A stretch of DNA of 64,000 nucleotides from Escherichia coli (lineage in GTDB: Bacteria > Pseudomonadota > Gammaproteobacteria > Enterobacterales > Enterobacteriaceae). The notes beneath the pieces are model-generated. The model saw only the letters and a program-made list of their open reading frames with translations. It was not told where the DNA came from and did no database searches. Made by a program: the position numbers and the translations under genes. Below are positions 36,900-48,725 of this stretch, in pieces (the stretch's first letter is position 1; the number at the start of each line of letters is the position of its first letter). The stretch lies in NCBI RefSeq assembly GCF_013122565.1, contig NZ_CP053258.1. One strand, given 5' to 3'.

Positions 36900-37229
36900 C
36901 TACGATTTGCGCATGCTTAACAGTGCGCCGATAAAAATACCTACCGCAGCTGCTGTACCCACGCTACACCAGGGTCTTTCACGAACAAAAGAATCCGCGC
37001 AGCCAACGGCATCGCGCGCGGCTTGCTGGACGCGAGTACGACCATGCATTCGCGCCCTGGTTTCTTTCAGTAGAGCCTGCGCTTTACTACGAGCGGCTTC
37101 AGCTTCCCCTTTGGCGTCGCTGCCCCAGGACTTCAACACAGACTCGAGGCTGTCAGCTAATTGATTGACATCATTCTGGATATCCTGCACGCCATCATCA
37201 ACGTCGTTGCGGTTCGGTCGGTTAAACAT
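36900..37229 (-). CDS. ygaM: ElaB/YqjD-family ribosome- and membrane-associated protein (DUF883), C-terminal TM anchor
   Basis: About 109 aa starting MFNRPNRNDVDDGVQDIQND with C-terminal hydrophobic tail AAAVGIFIGALL; start 37229 preferred over the ORF-track 37241 (uncertain). Confidence 0.8.
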   Translation of the reverse strand: MFNRPNRNDVDDGVQDIQNDVNQLADSLESVLKSWGSDAKGEAEAARSKAQALLKETRARMHGRTRVQQAARDAVGCADSFVRERPWCSVGTAAAVGIFIGALLSMRKS

Positions 37230-37380
37230 ATGATCCCCCATTAGAATTCGATGTAATTTTCAGTGTAGACCATAATTTTCTTAACTGACGTTCATCGCGG
37301 CTTTATGGACTTTTCTGAAAGCGTTGTGAATGCGCAATCAGGTAAGGTAGGCCCGCGGTTGATAATAACGAGGATCAAAT

Positions 37381-37725
37381 ATGTATTTACGACCAGACGA
37401 GGTGGCGCGCGTACTTGAAAAAGTCGGTTTTACTGTCGATGTGGTAACCCAGAAAGCTTATGGTTACCGCCGTGGGGAAAATTATGTCTATGTTAATCGC
37501 GAAGCGCGAATGGGACGTACCGCCCTGGTGATTCATCCAACATTAAAAGAACGTAGTTCAACACTGGCTGAACCCGCTTCCGATATTAAAACTTGCGATC
37601 ATTATCAACAATTTCCGCTCTATTTAGCGGGTGAACGTCATGAGCATTACGGTATCCCGCATGGCTTTAGTTCGCGTGTTGCGCTTGAACGTTATTTGAA
37701 TGGTTTATTTGGCGAAGCCAGTTAA
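37381..37725 (+). CDS. ygaC: uncharacterized protein YgaC
   Basis: 114 aa; conserved position between ygaM and alaE. Confidence 0.8.
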
Positions 37726-37761
37726 AGACGCGACTGGCGATGCCAGTCGCGAAAAGAAGAG

Positions 37762-38211
37762 TCAGGCTTTTACCTGCTGGTAACGGCTGACTTTAAACAG
37801 TCGGCGGCAATAATCGAGGAAGTAGCCATAAACCGCCCCCATCAACATCGAAACAACGATGTTTGAACTGACCGCCGCCATAATCTGATGCCAGTCTGCG
37901 CCCACCACTAACAAGATCGCCACATACACCGGTGACTGGAACGTCACATAAGCCATGATATCCGCCAGATTTTTTATCCAGCCCGACGGGCTAACTTTGC
38001 GTGCTGCGCGCATAAACAGATCGCGGTACATACCGTATGGCCATGCAATTAAGATGTTCACCGGAATCGCTACCAATCTGGAATAAAAAGACTGTTCGAA
38101 GCTCATTCCGGAGAGGAAAACTTCAATACACATGTTCACGACAGAACAGTAAACAACCATCGCGAACGTATCTGCAACTGCATGACGCAAGCGTGACTGC
38201 GGTGAGAACAT
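37762..38211 (-). CDS. alaE: L-alanine exporter
   Basis: 149 aa membrane protein; conserved position divergent from stpA. Confidence 0.85.
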   Translation of the reverse strand: MFSPQSRLRHAVADTFAMVVYCSVVNMCIEVFLSGMSFEQSFYSRLVAIPVNILIAWPYGMYRDLFMRAARKVSPSGWIKNLADIMAYVTFQSPVYVAILLVVGADWHQIMAAVSSNIVVSMLMGAVYGYFLDYCRRLFKVSRYQQVKA

Positions 38212-38878
38212 GCTAATGCTCCTTAATAAAAGCGTAATGGAATGTTAATGGAGATGAAAGCAGTGGATCTCATTGCCATCTGCATTTTCGCATAGCGTAT
38301 ATCGCTGGCTATGACTAATCAATTAGTGAAAAATTTTTATTTAAACTGTTTTTGTAGATAAAATATTCCGTAACGGCGCGTTTTTTGTACATTGTGGATT
38401 TTTACATGCCGATATGGTTTATTTTCAATTGAATCAATTAGATATGACCTTGCCTTTAATTACACTAATGAAAGTTTGGGGGTGAGGTAACGCTATAAGC
38501 GTAGAGAATTCGGTGTATGTCGTGACCGGGTCATTTTCAGCATTTTTTATGCCAGAAAATGTACATTGACAGCAGAAAGCACCAGTGAGGGGTGTTTCCA
38601 TTTATTCGGTTAAATTGCATTTTTATTCATTTTTGTTTTGTCAGGCTTGCGGAATTAGCGAGCAGAGAGCGCCGCTCTGCTCACAAATAACCTAAATTAC
38701 TCATCAAAATGGCTAATATATAATCTTGAAATTATTCTGAGAGTTTAAGAAAATAACAGCTGAAATAATCTCGCGCAGGACTGTAAATAGATTAAATTTT
38801 GTGGAAATATAATAAGTGATCGCTTACACTACGCGACGAAATACTTTTTTGTTTTGGCGTTAAAAGGTTTTCTTTATT

Positions 38879-39283
38879 ATGTCCGTAATGTTACAAAGTT
38901 TAAATAACATTCGCACCCTCCGTGCGATGGCTCGCGAATTCTCCATTGACGTTCTTGAAGAAATGCTCGAAAAATTCAGGGTTGTCACTAAAGAAAGACG
39001 TGAAGAAGAAGAACAGCAGCAGCGTGAACTGGCAGAGCGCCAGGAAAAAATTAGCACCTGGCTGGAGCTGATGAAAGCTGACGGAATTAACCCGGAAGAG
39101 TTATTGGGTAATAGCTCTGCGGCTGCCCCACGCGCTGGTAAAAAACGCCAGCCGCGTCCGGCGAAATATAAATTCACCGATGTTAATGGTGAAACTAAAA
39201 CCTGGACCGGTCAGGGCCGTACACCGAAGCCAATCGCTCAGGCGCTGGCAGAAGGTAAATCTCTCGACGATTTCCTGATCTAA
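38879..39283 (+). CDS. stpA: H-NS paralogue, DNA-binding and RNA chaperone protein StpA
   Basis: 134 aa [33 protein letters not shown]... with C-terminal [12 protein letters not shown]-binding motif; preceded by a 660-bp AT-rich regulatory region. Confidence 0.95.
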   Translation: MSVMLQSLNNIRTLRAMAREFSIDVLEEMLEKFRVVTKERREEEEQQQRELAERQEKISTWLELMKADGINPEELLGNSSAAAPRAGKKRQPRPAKYKFTDVNGETKTWTGQGRTPKPIAQALAEGKSLDDFLI

Positions 39284-39329
39284 TTACTGAGGCCGGATGT
39301 CGCTGCTATGGCGCGTCCGGCATCGCTTC

Positions 39330-39854
39330 TCAAGCTCGTTGGTTCCACGGCATCTTATCTAACAACCTTGCCATCCCACAAAAACCGCTAATTCCTGCAA
39401 ACAGTAACCCGGCACCAACAAAGCCGCTTAATAAGAAGAAACCGCTATTTACGGTATAACCCAGTATAACGCCGATTAATATTAAACCACCCGCAGCGAT
39501 CTGCACCTGGCGCATTAACGGCAAGGGTTGAGATTTATTTACCGCTACTGGCAATCCTGCTTTTTTCCAGCCATCAATCCCATCTTCGAGTAAAAAGATT
39601 TCTGCGGGGGCGGCAATCACTGCTAATTTATCGGCGTTATTACTGGTGCGTTTACCTGCCTGGCAGTGGAATATAATTTGCTCGCGACGTAATTTAGCCG
39701 GGAGACCTGACTGTTCCAGCACGGATAATGGAGCCAGATCTGCTTCAGGAATATGTTCACGAAGATATTCATCAGCGTCACGAATATCGATTAACTTTGC
39801 ACCGCGTGCGATTAATTTTTGTGCATCATGCGGCGAAATGGTTGTCAAAGCCAT
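39330..39854 (-). CDS. ygaP: rhodanese-domain inner membrane sulfurtransferase
   Basis: 174 aa; rhodanese active-site loop CQAGKRTS, C-terminal TM helices. Confidence 0.88.
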   Translation of the reverse strand: MALTTISPHDAQKLIARGAKLIDIRDADEYLREHIPEADLAPLSVLEQSGLPAKLRREQIIFHCQAGKRTSNNADKLAVIAAPAEIFLLEDGIDGWKKAGLPVAVNKSQPLPLMRQVQIAAGGLILIGVILGYTVNSGFFLLSGFVGAGLLFAGISGFCGMARLLDKMPWNQRA

Positions 39855-39863
39855 AGTGACTCC

Positions 39864-40163
39864 TTACGGACAATAGACATTTTTCAGGGTGGCGATAATG
39901 GCATTTACCGCCTCATTTTTAATGGAATATAGAATGCGTTGGGCATCCCGTTGGCTGTCGATAAGCCCTTCGTCCCGCATACGAGCGAGATGCTGTGATG
40001 TCGCAGAGGCACTCAGTCCGGTAATGCGCGTCAGCTCTCCCGCGCTGGTGCCGGGGGAACCGCTGAGCATGCACAGAATCAGCAACCGTTTAGGGTGGCT
40101 CATTGCTTTCAATAAGGCCGCTGCCTGTTCGGCACTGGCCTGTAATTGCGCGAGTTCAGTCAT
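39864..40163 (-). CDS. ygaV: ArsR/SmtB-family transcriptional regulator
   Basis: 99 aa winged-HTH protein co-transcribed with ygaP. Confidence 0.88.
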   Translation of the reverse strand: MTELAQLQASAEQAAALLKAMSHPKRLLILCMLSGSPGTSAGELTRITGLSASATSQHLARMRDEGLIDSQRDAQRILYSIKNEAVNAIIATLKNVYCP

Positions 40164-40345
40164 ATTTATTTAAGTATTTTCTAAATTAAGTAAACTCTAA
40201 ACTAAAAATGCAACGTTTACCAGCCTCAGCAGCGTAAATGAGAGTAAAAGCGTAAGCTGAAACTGGCAGGCTCCGCTAAAATTACTACGCTTAAGAGATA
40301 AAATCTCTTTTTAAACAATGAGTAATTTTCTTATAGGGAGTACAT

Positions 40346-40504
40346 ATGGGTTTCTGGAGAATCGTCATCACCATCATTCTGCCGCCGCTCGGCGTGCTGC
40401 TCGGTAAAGGGTTCGGTTGGGCGTTCATTATTAATATTCTGCTGACACTGCTTGGGTATATCCCCGGTTTGATTCACGCGTTCTGGGTGCAAACCCGCGA
40501 TTAA
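40346..40504 (+). CDS. yqaE: Pmp3/UPF0057-family small membrane proteolipid
   Basis: 52 aa MGFWRIVITIILPPLGVLLGKGFGWAFIINILLTLLGYIPGLIHAFWVQTRD, not in the ORF track (under 60 aa); two TM helices; GGGAG Shine-Dalgarno upstream. Confidence 0.85.
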   Translation: MGFWRIVITIILPPLGVLLGKGFGWAFIINILLTLLGYIPGLIHAFWVQTRD

Positions 40505-40587
40505 ACCTGTGTTCACCCCCGCGGCGTTAACGCGCCGCGTTCCTCTGCTACACTTTCTGAGTGTTTCCGTTAACGAATGAGGTAGCT

Positions 40588-41037
40588 ATGGGTCTGTTCA
40601 ATTTTGTGAAAGATGCCGGAGAAAAACTCTGGGACGCGGTTACAGGTCAGCACGATAAAGACGATCAGGCGAAGAAGGTGCAGGAGCATCTGAACAAAAC
40701 CGGTATACCTGATGCCGATAAAGTGAATATTCAAATTGCCGACGGCAAAGCGACGGTCACTGGTGATGGCCTGAGTCAGGAGGCGAAGGAGAAAATCCTT
40801 GTTGCGGTGGGGAATATTTCCGGTATTGCCAGTGTCGATGATCAGGTGAAAACGGCGACACCAGCCACTGCCAGCCAGTTTTATACCGTTAAGTCTGGCG
40901 ACACTCTGAGTGCCATTTCCAAACAGGTCTACGGTAACGCCAATCTGTACAATAAAATCTTCGAAGCGAATAAACCGATGTTAAAAAGCCCGGATAAAAT
41001 TTACCCGGGGCAAGTGTTGCGTATTCCTGAAGAGTAG
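40588..41037 (+). CDS. kbp: potassium-binding protein with BON and LysM domains
   Basis: 149 aa starting [15 protein letters not shown]; C-terminal LysM ([18 protein letters not shown]...YPGQVLRIP). Start trimmed from the ORF-track GTG at 40561. Confidence 0.9.
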
Positions 41038-41700
41038 TTAAGTGCCAGCCATCGCCTGCTGGATAATGGGAATTGGCGTCAGTAAATGCTGGCGCATTAA
41101 CTCACTGGCGCGCGCGGTATCTCGCGCCAGTACCGCCGCAGTCAGGGTTTGGTGCTGATCGTGTTTATCCTCCAGCATTTCCACCGAAAGCACTGTTCGC
41201 CGCAGCCAGATAAATCGATAGCGCGCCGCCAGATCAAACAACCGTTCACGCATTTGCAGCAAATAGTGAGAACCACAGCCCGCCACAATTGCCGTATGAA
41301 ACGCCTGATGACGCAGATCCCACTCATCAAGCATTTTCTCACTGGCGTCACAGGCCTCAAGCTTACTGAGCAGATGCGCTTTTGCGAGAACGTCTGCCTC
41401 CCATTCATCGCCACCGCGGGCAATCGCCAGACTCACTAACATCGCTTCCATATTGGCGCGGGCGTCGAAAATATCGAGCAGCTCCTGCTCTGACATAGAC
41501 GCCACCCGATACCCTTTTTGATTCACCACCGTGACCAGCCGTTCCGCCACCAGTTGCGAAAGAGCTTCCCGTAACGGCCCAACGCCAAGTGCATAACGCG
41601 ATGTCAGCAAACTCATCCGTAATTTTTCATCCGGTTGAAAATTACCGCGAATAATATCGTTCTTCAGCCAGCGATAGCCATCCAGAGACGTAATGGTCAT
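41038..41700 (-). CDS. csiR: GntR/FadR-family repressor of the csiD-gab operon
   Basis: 220 aa starting MTITSLDGYRWLKNDIIRG. Confidence 0.88.
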   Translation of the reverse strand: MTITSLDGYRWLKNDIIRGNFQPDEKLRMSLLTSRYALGVGPLREALSQLVAERLVTVVNQKGYRVASMSEQELLDIFDARANMEAMLVSLAIARGGDEWEADVLAKAHLLSKLEACDASEKMLDEWDLRHQAFHTAIVAGCGSHYLLQMRERLFDLAARYRFIWLRRTVLSVEMLEDKHDQHQTLTAAVLARDTARASELMRQHLLTPIPIIQQAMAGT

Positions 41701-41720
41701 GGTGTGACTCCTGATCATTA

Positions 41721-43121
41721 TCAGCGCGTATTATGAACGGGTGTTTTTTGCCACAATACCAGCTTTTTCCAGCGCGCCATAATCGGCACGGTACAGATGA
41801 TCCCTATCGCTAATAAGCCGGTAGAAATGACCTCGAGTTGCTGCGCCGGGCGGAATAACATCACCACCAACACAAAGGTAATAAAGCCAATCACCAGCCA
41901 GGTGAGCCACGGATATAGCCACATGCGCAGGCGAATTTCTCCGCCCTCCGCCAGCAGGATTTTACGCATCCGCAACTGTGAAACGGCGATGACTAAATAA
42001 ACCAGCAGGGCGATAGCGCCGGAGCTGTCGATCAGGAATTTAAACACTTTCGCAGGCGCGTAATAATTCACCACCACCGTTAAAAATGCCGCTCCGGTGG
42101 AGAGTAACACCGCCACGTACGGGGTTTTACTGCGGTTGATTTTACCCATTACTGCGGGCGCATCACCGCGACGGCTTAAGGAGTAGAGCATCCTGGAAGC
42201 GGTATACAGCGCCGAGTTCAGGCAACTGGTTACGGAAAGTAATATCACGCAGTCCATGATTAATTTCGCATGGGGAATATTGAGCAATTCCAGAACCGAG
42301 CGATAAGAACCAACGGCTTTCAGCCCCGGCATATTCCACGGTATTAATGCCACGACGACAAAAATAGAGCACAAATAGAAGATAGAAATACGCCAGATAA
42401 CCGAGTTGGTGGCGCGGACAATATGTTTTTCCGGCGTGTCGGATTCCGCGGCGGCAATGGTGACAATTTCTGCGCCCATAAACGAGAACATGGTGATCAA
42501 CATCGCGCTTAATACCGCACCGAAACCGTTGGGCATAAAGCCGCCGCTATCCCACAATCTTGAGATCCCGCTCACTTCGGCATAAGGGTAAAAACCGCTA
42601 ATTGCGACTGCACCAAGGAAAATAAAGGCCAGGATAGCGATGACTTTGCACAGCGCCAGCCAGAACTCAAATTCGCCGTAGTTTTTAACGCTTAATAAAT
42701 TACTGCCAGTTAAGGCGAGGGTAATGACGAGGGAAAATAACCAGATGGGAATGCCTGGAACCCACGAGTGCAGGATCATAGCGGCGATGTTGGCTTCCAG
42801 GGGGATAACCAGTACCCAAAACCACCAGTACAGCCAGCCGATGGTATAGCCCGCCCAGCGGCCAATGGCTTTATCGGCATAGGTGGAAAACGAACCGGTA
42901 TCGGGCGTGGCAACCGCCATTTCCGCCAACATCCGCATAATCATAACCACCAGTAATCCGGCGAACAGATAGGCCAGTAATACCGCCGGGCCCGCTTCGG
43001 CGATGGCGACGCTGGAACCGACAAACAGACTTGCGCCGATAACACCGGCAATAGACAACATGGTGACGTGGCGTGACTTCAGCCCGCCGCCTAACTCATG
43101 TGGTTGCGATGATTGCCCCAT
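41721..43121 (-). CDS. gabP: gamma-aminobutyrate permease (APC family)
   Basis: 466 aa starting MGQSSQPHELGGGLKSRHV; start trimmed from the ORF-track 43184. Confidence 0.93.
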   Translation of the reverse strand: MGQSSQPHELGGGLKSRHVTMLSIAGVIGASLFVGSSVAIAEAGPAVLLAYLFAGLLVVMIMRMLAEMAVATPDTGSFSTYADKAIGRWAGYTIGWLYWWFWVLVIPLEANIAAMILHSWVPGIPIWLFSLVITLALTGSNLLSVKNYGEFEFWLALCKVIAILAFIFLGAVAISGFYPYAEVSGISRLWDSGGFMPNGFGAVLSAMLITMFSFMGAEIVTIAAAESDTPEKHIVRATNSVIWRISIFYLCSIFVVVALIPWNMPGLKAVGSYRSVLELLNIPHAKLIMDCVILLSVTSCLNSALYTASRMLYSLSRRGDAPAVMGKINRSKTPYVAVLLSTGAAFLTVVVNYYAPAKVFKFLIDSSGAIALLVYLVIAVSQLRMRKILLAEGGEIRLRMWLYPWLTWLVIGFITFVLVVMLFRPAQQLEVISTGLLAIGIICTVPIMARWKKLVLWQKTPVHNTR

Positions 43122-43189
43122 CCTGAATCCTCTCGAAAGTGTGTCACTTGGGAGAGCGCCCCGACATTTCCCGCGTCGGGTCACGCGTT

Positions 43190-43340
43190 TAATTGTTATT
43201 GATTCTTTTTGCCGGAGAGCGGCTCCGCCTTATCCGGCCGACATAGATTTATTCCTGTTCACGTACAGATTGTCGGATGCGGCGTAAACGCCTTATCCGA
43301 CCTGGATCACCGTAGGCCGGACAAGACGCGCAGCGTCGCC
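43190..43340. repeat. REP/BIME cluster between gabT and gabP
   Basis: Several palindromic units (gccggatgcggcgtaaacgccttatccg, gtaggccggacaagacgcgcagcgtcgcctcc). Confidence 0.6.
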
Positions 43341-43358
43341 TCCGTCATGGGAGCGGTG

Positions 43359-44639
43359 CTACTGCTTCGCCTCAGCAAAACACTGGCTGATGATCTCCAG
43401 ACCCTGACGGATCTGAGCGTCTTCAATGGTGAGCGGTACAAGGATGCGTAGCACGTTGTAATACGGGCCGCAGGAGAGAAGAATCAGGCCCTTATCGCGG
43501 GCGCGCGCCACGATCTCGGCGGTGAGTTTTGCGTCCGGTTTGCTGTGATCGCCATCTTCAAACAGCTCGATGGCGATCATCGCTCCCAGCCCGCGTACGT
43601 CGCCGATCTCCGGGTGTTTTTCGGCTATCGCCAGCAATCCGTCTTTTAGCTTCTGCCCCAGATCGTTGGCTTTTTGCAGCAGATTTTCCTGCTCAAACAC
43701 CTTCAACACTTCCAGCGCAGCCACGCAGGCAATCGGGTTACCCGCATAGGTGCCGCCCAGACCGCCTGGAGCGACGGCATCCATCACTTCCGCGCGCCCG
43801 GTGACGCCCGCCAGCGGGAAGCCGCCCGCGATCGATTTCGCAAAGGTGGTAAGATCCGGCGCAACGCCCATCTGCTCCATCGCAAACAGCGTGCCGGTAC
43901 GCCCCGCGCCGCTCTGCACTTCATCGGCAATCAGCATGATCCCGTGCTCGTCACACAGCGCGCGTAAACGCTGCATAAAAGCAGGCGTCGCGGCGTAGAA
44001 ACCGCCTTCGCCCTGAACCGGCTCAATCACGATGGCGGCGATATCTTCCGGCGCAGCGTCATTTTTGAAGATTCGGTGGATACTGGCGATAGCGTCATCT
44101 TCACTGATGCCGTGCAGCGGGCAAGGATAAAGCGCGCGATAAACATGCCCTGGCATCAGGCCCATGCCCGCAGAGTACGGATTCACCTTGCCGGTCAGCG
44201 CCAGCGTGTAATGCGTGCGCCCGTGATACGCGCCGCTAAAGGCGATGGTGCCGCTACGTTTGGTGGCAGCTCGGGCGATTTTCACCGCGTTCTCCACCGC
44301 TTCGGAACCCGTGGTGACCAGCAGCGTTTTCTTGGCAAAATCGCCCGGCACCTTCTGATTCATAATCTCGCACAGCTCCAGATACGGCTCGTAAGCCAGC
44401 ACCTGGAAGCAGGTGTGCGACAGTTTTTTCAACTGCGCTTCCACCGCCGCAACCACTTTCGGATGCAGGTGCCCGGTATTGAGCACCGCAATCCCTCCCG
44501 CGAAATCAAGATACTCACGGCCTTCAACGTCCCACACCCGGCAGTTTTCCGCGCGGTCAGCGAAAATCGGGTGAATTTGCCCAACGCCACGAGGAATTGC
44601 CTGACTGCGGCGCTGCATTAACTCTTTATTGCTGCTCAT
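43359..44639 (-). CDS. gabT: 4-aminobutyrate aminotransferase (PLP-dependent)
   Basis: 426 aa class-III aminotransferase. Confidence 0.95.
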   Translation of the reverse strand: MSSNKELMQRRSQAIPRGVGQIHPIFADRAENCRVWDVEGREYLDFAGGIAVLNTGHLHPKVVAAVEAQLKKLSHTCFQVLAYEPYLELCEIMNQKVPGDFAKKTLLVTTGSEAVENAVKIARAATKRSGTIAFSGAYHGRTHYTLALTGKVNPYSAGMGLMPGHVYRALYPCPLHGISEDDAIASIHRIFKNDAAPEDIAAIVIEPVQGEGGFYAATPAFMQRLRALCDEHGIMLIADEVQSGAGRTGTLFAMEQMGVAPDLTTFAKSIAGGFPLAGVTGRAEVMDAVAPGGLGGTYAGNPIACVAALEVLKVFEQENLLQKANDLGQKLKDGLLAIAEKHPEIGDVRGLGAMIAIELFEDGDHSKPDAKLTAEIVARARDKGLILLSCGPYYNVLRILVPLTIEDAQIRQGLEIISQCFAEAKQ

Positions 44640-44652
44640 TCGCGTTCTCCAG

Positions 44653-46101
44653 TTAAAGACCGATGCACATATATTTGATTTCTAAGTAATCTTCGATGCC
44701 ATACTTCGAACCTTCACGACCCAGACCCGAGGCTTTGATGCCGCCGAACGGGGCCACTTCATTGGAAATAATCCCGGTATTGATGCCGACGATGCCGTAC
44801 TCCAGCGCCTCGCCCACGCGGAAGACGCGGCTTAAATCACGAGCGTAGAAGTAGGCGGCAAGGCCAAACTCGGTGTCATTGGCTTGCGCGATCACATCGG
44901 CTTCATCTTTAAAACGGAACAGCGGGGCGAGGGGGCCGAACGTCTCTTCTTTCGACACTTTGGCGTTGGCCGGAACGTCTACCAGAATGGTCGGCTGGAA
45001 GAAGTTGCCGCCGCGTTCGTGTGCTTTACCGCCGTAAACCACGCGCGCGCCTTTCTCCAGCGCATCGGCGATATGCTCTTCCACTTTTGCTACCGCTTTT
45101 TCATCAATCAGCGGCCCGATGGTGACGCCTTTCTCCAGCCCGTCACCGATGTGCAGTTTGCTCACCGCCTGCTGCAATTTTTCGGCAAAGCGGTCATACA
45201 CGCCGTCCTGCACATATAAACGGTTGGCGCAGACGCAGGTTTGCCCGGCGTTGCGGAATTTCGAAGCCAGTGCGCCTTCCACGGCTTTATCGAGATCGGC
45301 ATCGTCAAAGACGATAAACGGCGCGTTGCCGCCCAGCTCCAGCGACACTTTTTTGATGTCTTTCGCGCACTGTTCCATTAACTGGCGGCCAATTTCGGTC
45401 GAACCGGTAAACGACAGTTTGCGCACCAGCGGATTGCTGGTCAGTTCGTTACCCACCGCGCCCGCCGAACCGGTGACCACGTTAAACACGCCTGCCGGAA
45501 TGCCCGCGCGGATCGCCAGTTCTGCCAGCGCCAGCGCAGAGAACGGCGTCTGACTGGCGGGCTTCAGCACCATCGTGCAGCCAGCCGCCAGCGCCGGGCC
45601 GGCTTTACGGGTAATCATCGCCGCCGGGAAGTTCCACGGCGTGATAGCCGCGGTAACGCCAATCGGCTGCTTGATAACAATCAGGCGTTTATCGGCCTGA
45701 TGACCAGGAATGGTGTCGCCATAAATGCGTTTGCCTTCTTCAGCAAACCACTCAATAAAAGAGGCGGCGTAGCTGATTTCACCTTTCGCTTCAGCCAGCG
45801 GTTTACCCTGTTCGAGGGTCATCAGGCGCGCTAAATCGTCCTGATGCTCCATCATCAAATTGAACCAGTTGCGCAGAATGTTGGCGCGTTCTTTGGCGGT
45901 GAGCGCACGCCAGGCGGGCAGGGCGCGGTTGGCGGCGTCGATAGCGGCGCGGGTTTCATCCGCGCCCATTTTCGGCACGCTACCCAGTTTGTCGCCGTTC
46001 GCCGGATTGGTGACGTCGATGACTTCACCATTGTTGGCGTCCAGCCATTCCCCGTTAATCAACGCCTGCTGGCGGAATAAGTTACTGTCGTTAAGTTTCA
46101 T
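44653..46101 (-). CDS. gabD: succinate-semialdehyde dehydrogenase (NADP+)
   Basis: 482 aa aldehyde dehydrogenase with catalytic Cys region. Confidence 0.95.
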   Translation of the reverse strand: MKLNDSNLFRQQALINGEWLDANNGEVIDVTNPANGDKLGSVPKMGADETRAAIDAANRALPAWRALTAKERANILRNWFNLMMEHQDDLARLMTLEQGKPLAEAKGEISYAASFIEWFAEEGKRIYGDTIPGHQADKRLIVIKQPIGVTAAITPWNFPAAMITRKAGPALAAGCTMVLKPASQTPFSALALAELAIRAGIPAGVFNVVTGSAGAVGNELTSNPLVRKLSFTGSTEIGRQLMEQCAKDIKKVSLELGGNAPFIVFDDADLDKAVEGALASKFRNAGQTCVCANRLYVQDGVYDRFAEKLQQAVSKLHIGDGLEKGVTIGPLIDEKAVAKVEEHIADALEKGARVVYGGKAHERGGNFFQPTILVDVPANAKVSKEETFGPLAPLFRFKDEADVIAQANDTEFGLAAYFYARDLSRVFRVGEALEYGIVGINTGIISNEVAPFGGIKASGLGREGSKYGIEDYLEIKYMCIGL

Positions 46102-46123
46102 CGCTACATCCTGTTTTCAAAGG

Positions 46124-47392
46124 TTATTGATTAAATGCGGCGTGTAAGGCATCCACACTACGTGCCGCTCGCAGCGTGCGTCCGGGGTTACTCTGGCTTG
46201 CCAACAGCGTTTGTACCTTGCTGACAATATGCGCACCAATAGGAATTGCTGATGTCGCTGCCGGGGAGGGCGCATTGCAGGTGTGGATCGTGCGCGGGGT
46301 GGTGACAAACAGAAAATCCTCAATCAGCTTGCCGTCCGGCGATACCGCCTGCGCCCGCACACCGGCGGGCCAGGGCTGGAGATCGCTTAACGAAAGCCGG
46401 GGACAATACTTTTGCACCAGCCGCAGATAGCCGCTTTTGCACAGCGAGTTTTTCATCTCGCCCAATCCTGAGCGTAGATGGTTTTGCAGCACCCGGCGAA
46501 TCCCCGACGAGCCTAAAATCTCCAGCGTGTCACTAAACGAGAAATCGCGCTTGCGATAGCCTTCGCGTTTAAAAGCCAGCACCGCGTTTGGCCCGACGGT
46601 CACGCTGCCGTCGATCATGCGGGTGAGATGAACGCCCAAAAACGGCATTGCCGGGTCGGGGATGGGGTAAATCAGGTGGTTAACAATCTGGTTATGCTCC
46701 GACGCAAGGCGGAAATACTCGCCACGGAACGGGCAGATAATAAAGCCCGGTTCGAGGCCGAGCATTTTCACCAGCCGGTCAGCCATCAGCCCGGAACAGC
46801 TAATCAGCGTCGATGCTTCATATTCACCGCCCTGACGGGTGCGTATCACCACGCCGTTTTTATGCTCACTGAGGGCGCTGACTTCGGCGTTATAAATAAT
46901 CTCGCCGCCTCTGGCCTGGAAGATTTTTGCCATCGCCGCCGTCACTTCGCGATAGCTGACGATGCCGCTGGACGGCACAAAAATACCGCCAAGCCCGGTG
47001 ATATTCGGTTCGCGCTCGCGCAGTTCGTCGGCGTTTAGCCACTCGCGCTCAATACCATTCGCCGCCGTACGTTCCCACAACGCGCGCATCCGTTCCATTT
47101 CGAGTTCAGAGGTGGCGACCAGCATCTTGCCGCAGTTGTCATAGCGAATGGCGTTTTGATCGCAAAAGGCTTTGGTGGCGCGGTTCCCCGCCAGGCAAAA
47201 CTGCGCCTTCAGGCTGCCGGGCGTGTAATAGACCCCGGCATGGATCACGCCGCTGTTGTGGCCCGTCTGGTGACAGGCCGGGCCGGACTCTTTTTCCAGC
47301 AACGCAATGCGGGCATCCGGATAGACATCAATCAGTTGCATGGCGGTCGACATGCCGATGATGCCGCCGCCAATAATCACAAAATCATACAT
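46124..47392 (-). CDS. lhgO: L-2-hydroxyglutarate oxidase/dehydrogenase (FAD-dependent)
   Basis: 422 aa starting MYDFVIIGGGIIGMSTA (FAD-binding GxGxxG); start trimmed from the ORF-track 47458. Confidence 0.9.
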   Translation of the reverse strand: MYDFVIIGGGIIGMSTAMQLIDVYPDARIALLEKESGPACHQTGHNSGVIHAGVYYTPGSLKAQFCLAGNRATKAFCDQNAIRYDNCGKMLVATSELEMERMRALWERTAANGIEREWLNADELREREPNITGLGGIFVPSSGIVSYREVTAAMAKIFQARGGEIIYNAEVSALSEHKNGVVIRTRQGGEYEASTLISCSGLMADRLVKMLGLEPGFIICPFRGEYFRLASEHNQIVNHLIYPIPDPAMPFLGVHLTRMIDGSVTVGPNAVLAFKREGYRKRDFSFSDTLEILGSSGIRRVLQNHLRSGLGEMKNSLCKSGYLRLVQKYCPRLSLSDLQPWPAGVRAQAVSPDGKLIEDFLFVTTPRTIHTCNAPSPAATSAIPIGAHIVSKVQTLLASQSNPGRTLRAARSVDALHAAFNQ

Positions 47393-47411
47393 CCGCTCAA
47401 TTCCTTTGCGC

Positions 47412-48503
<1,092 letters not shown>

Positions 48504-48725
48504 TTATTGTGATCAAAGACAACAAGTTAGTAACATTTAGCGTAGGGTATTAAGGCAAAGTGAGACAGGAAATGAATAACTAAAGCAACAGGTTAGGGGG
48601 GAATTACCATCAGAGAACAGATTATCTGGTCGATAAAAAACGGTAAATGGCTTCACTGCAAAATGACCGTTAGTAAACTAAACATATTATCTGCCCCGTT
48701 TTAGCGGGGCAGATATAACATTAAA

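Noticed and set aside
40331-40516. 61-aa minus-strand ORF
   Set aside because: The opposite strand encodes a much more convincing 52-aa Pmp3-family membrane protein (yqaE) with a ribosome-binding site; the minus-strand product is hydrophilic and unconserved-looking.
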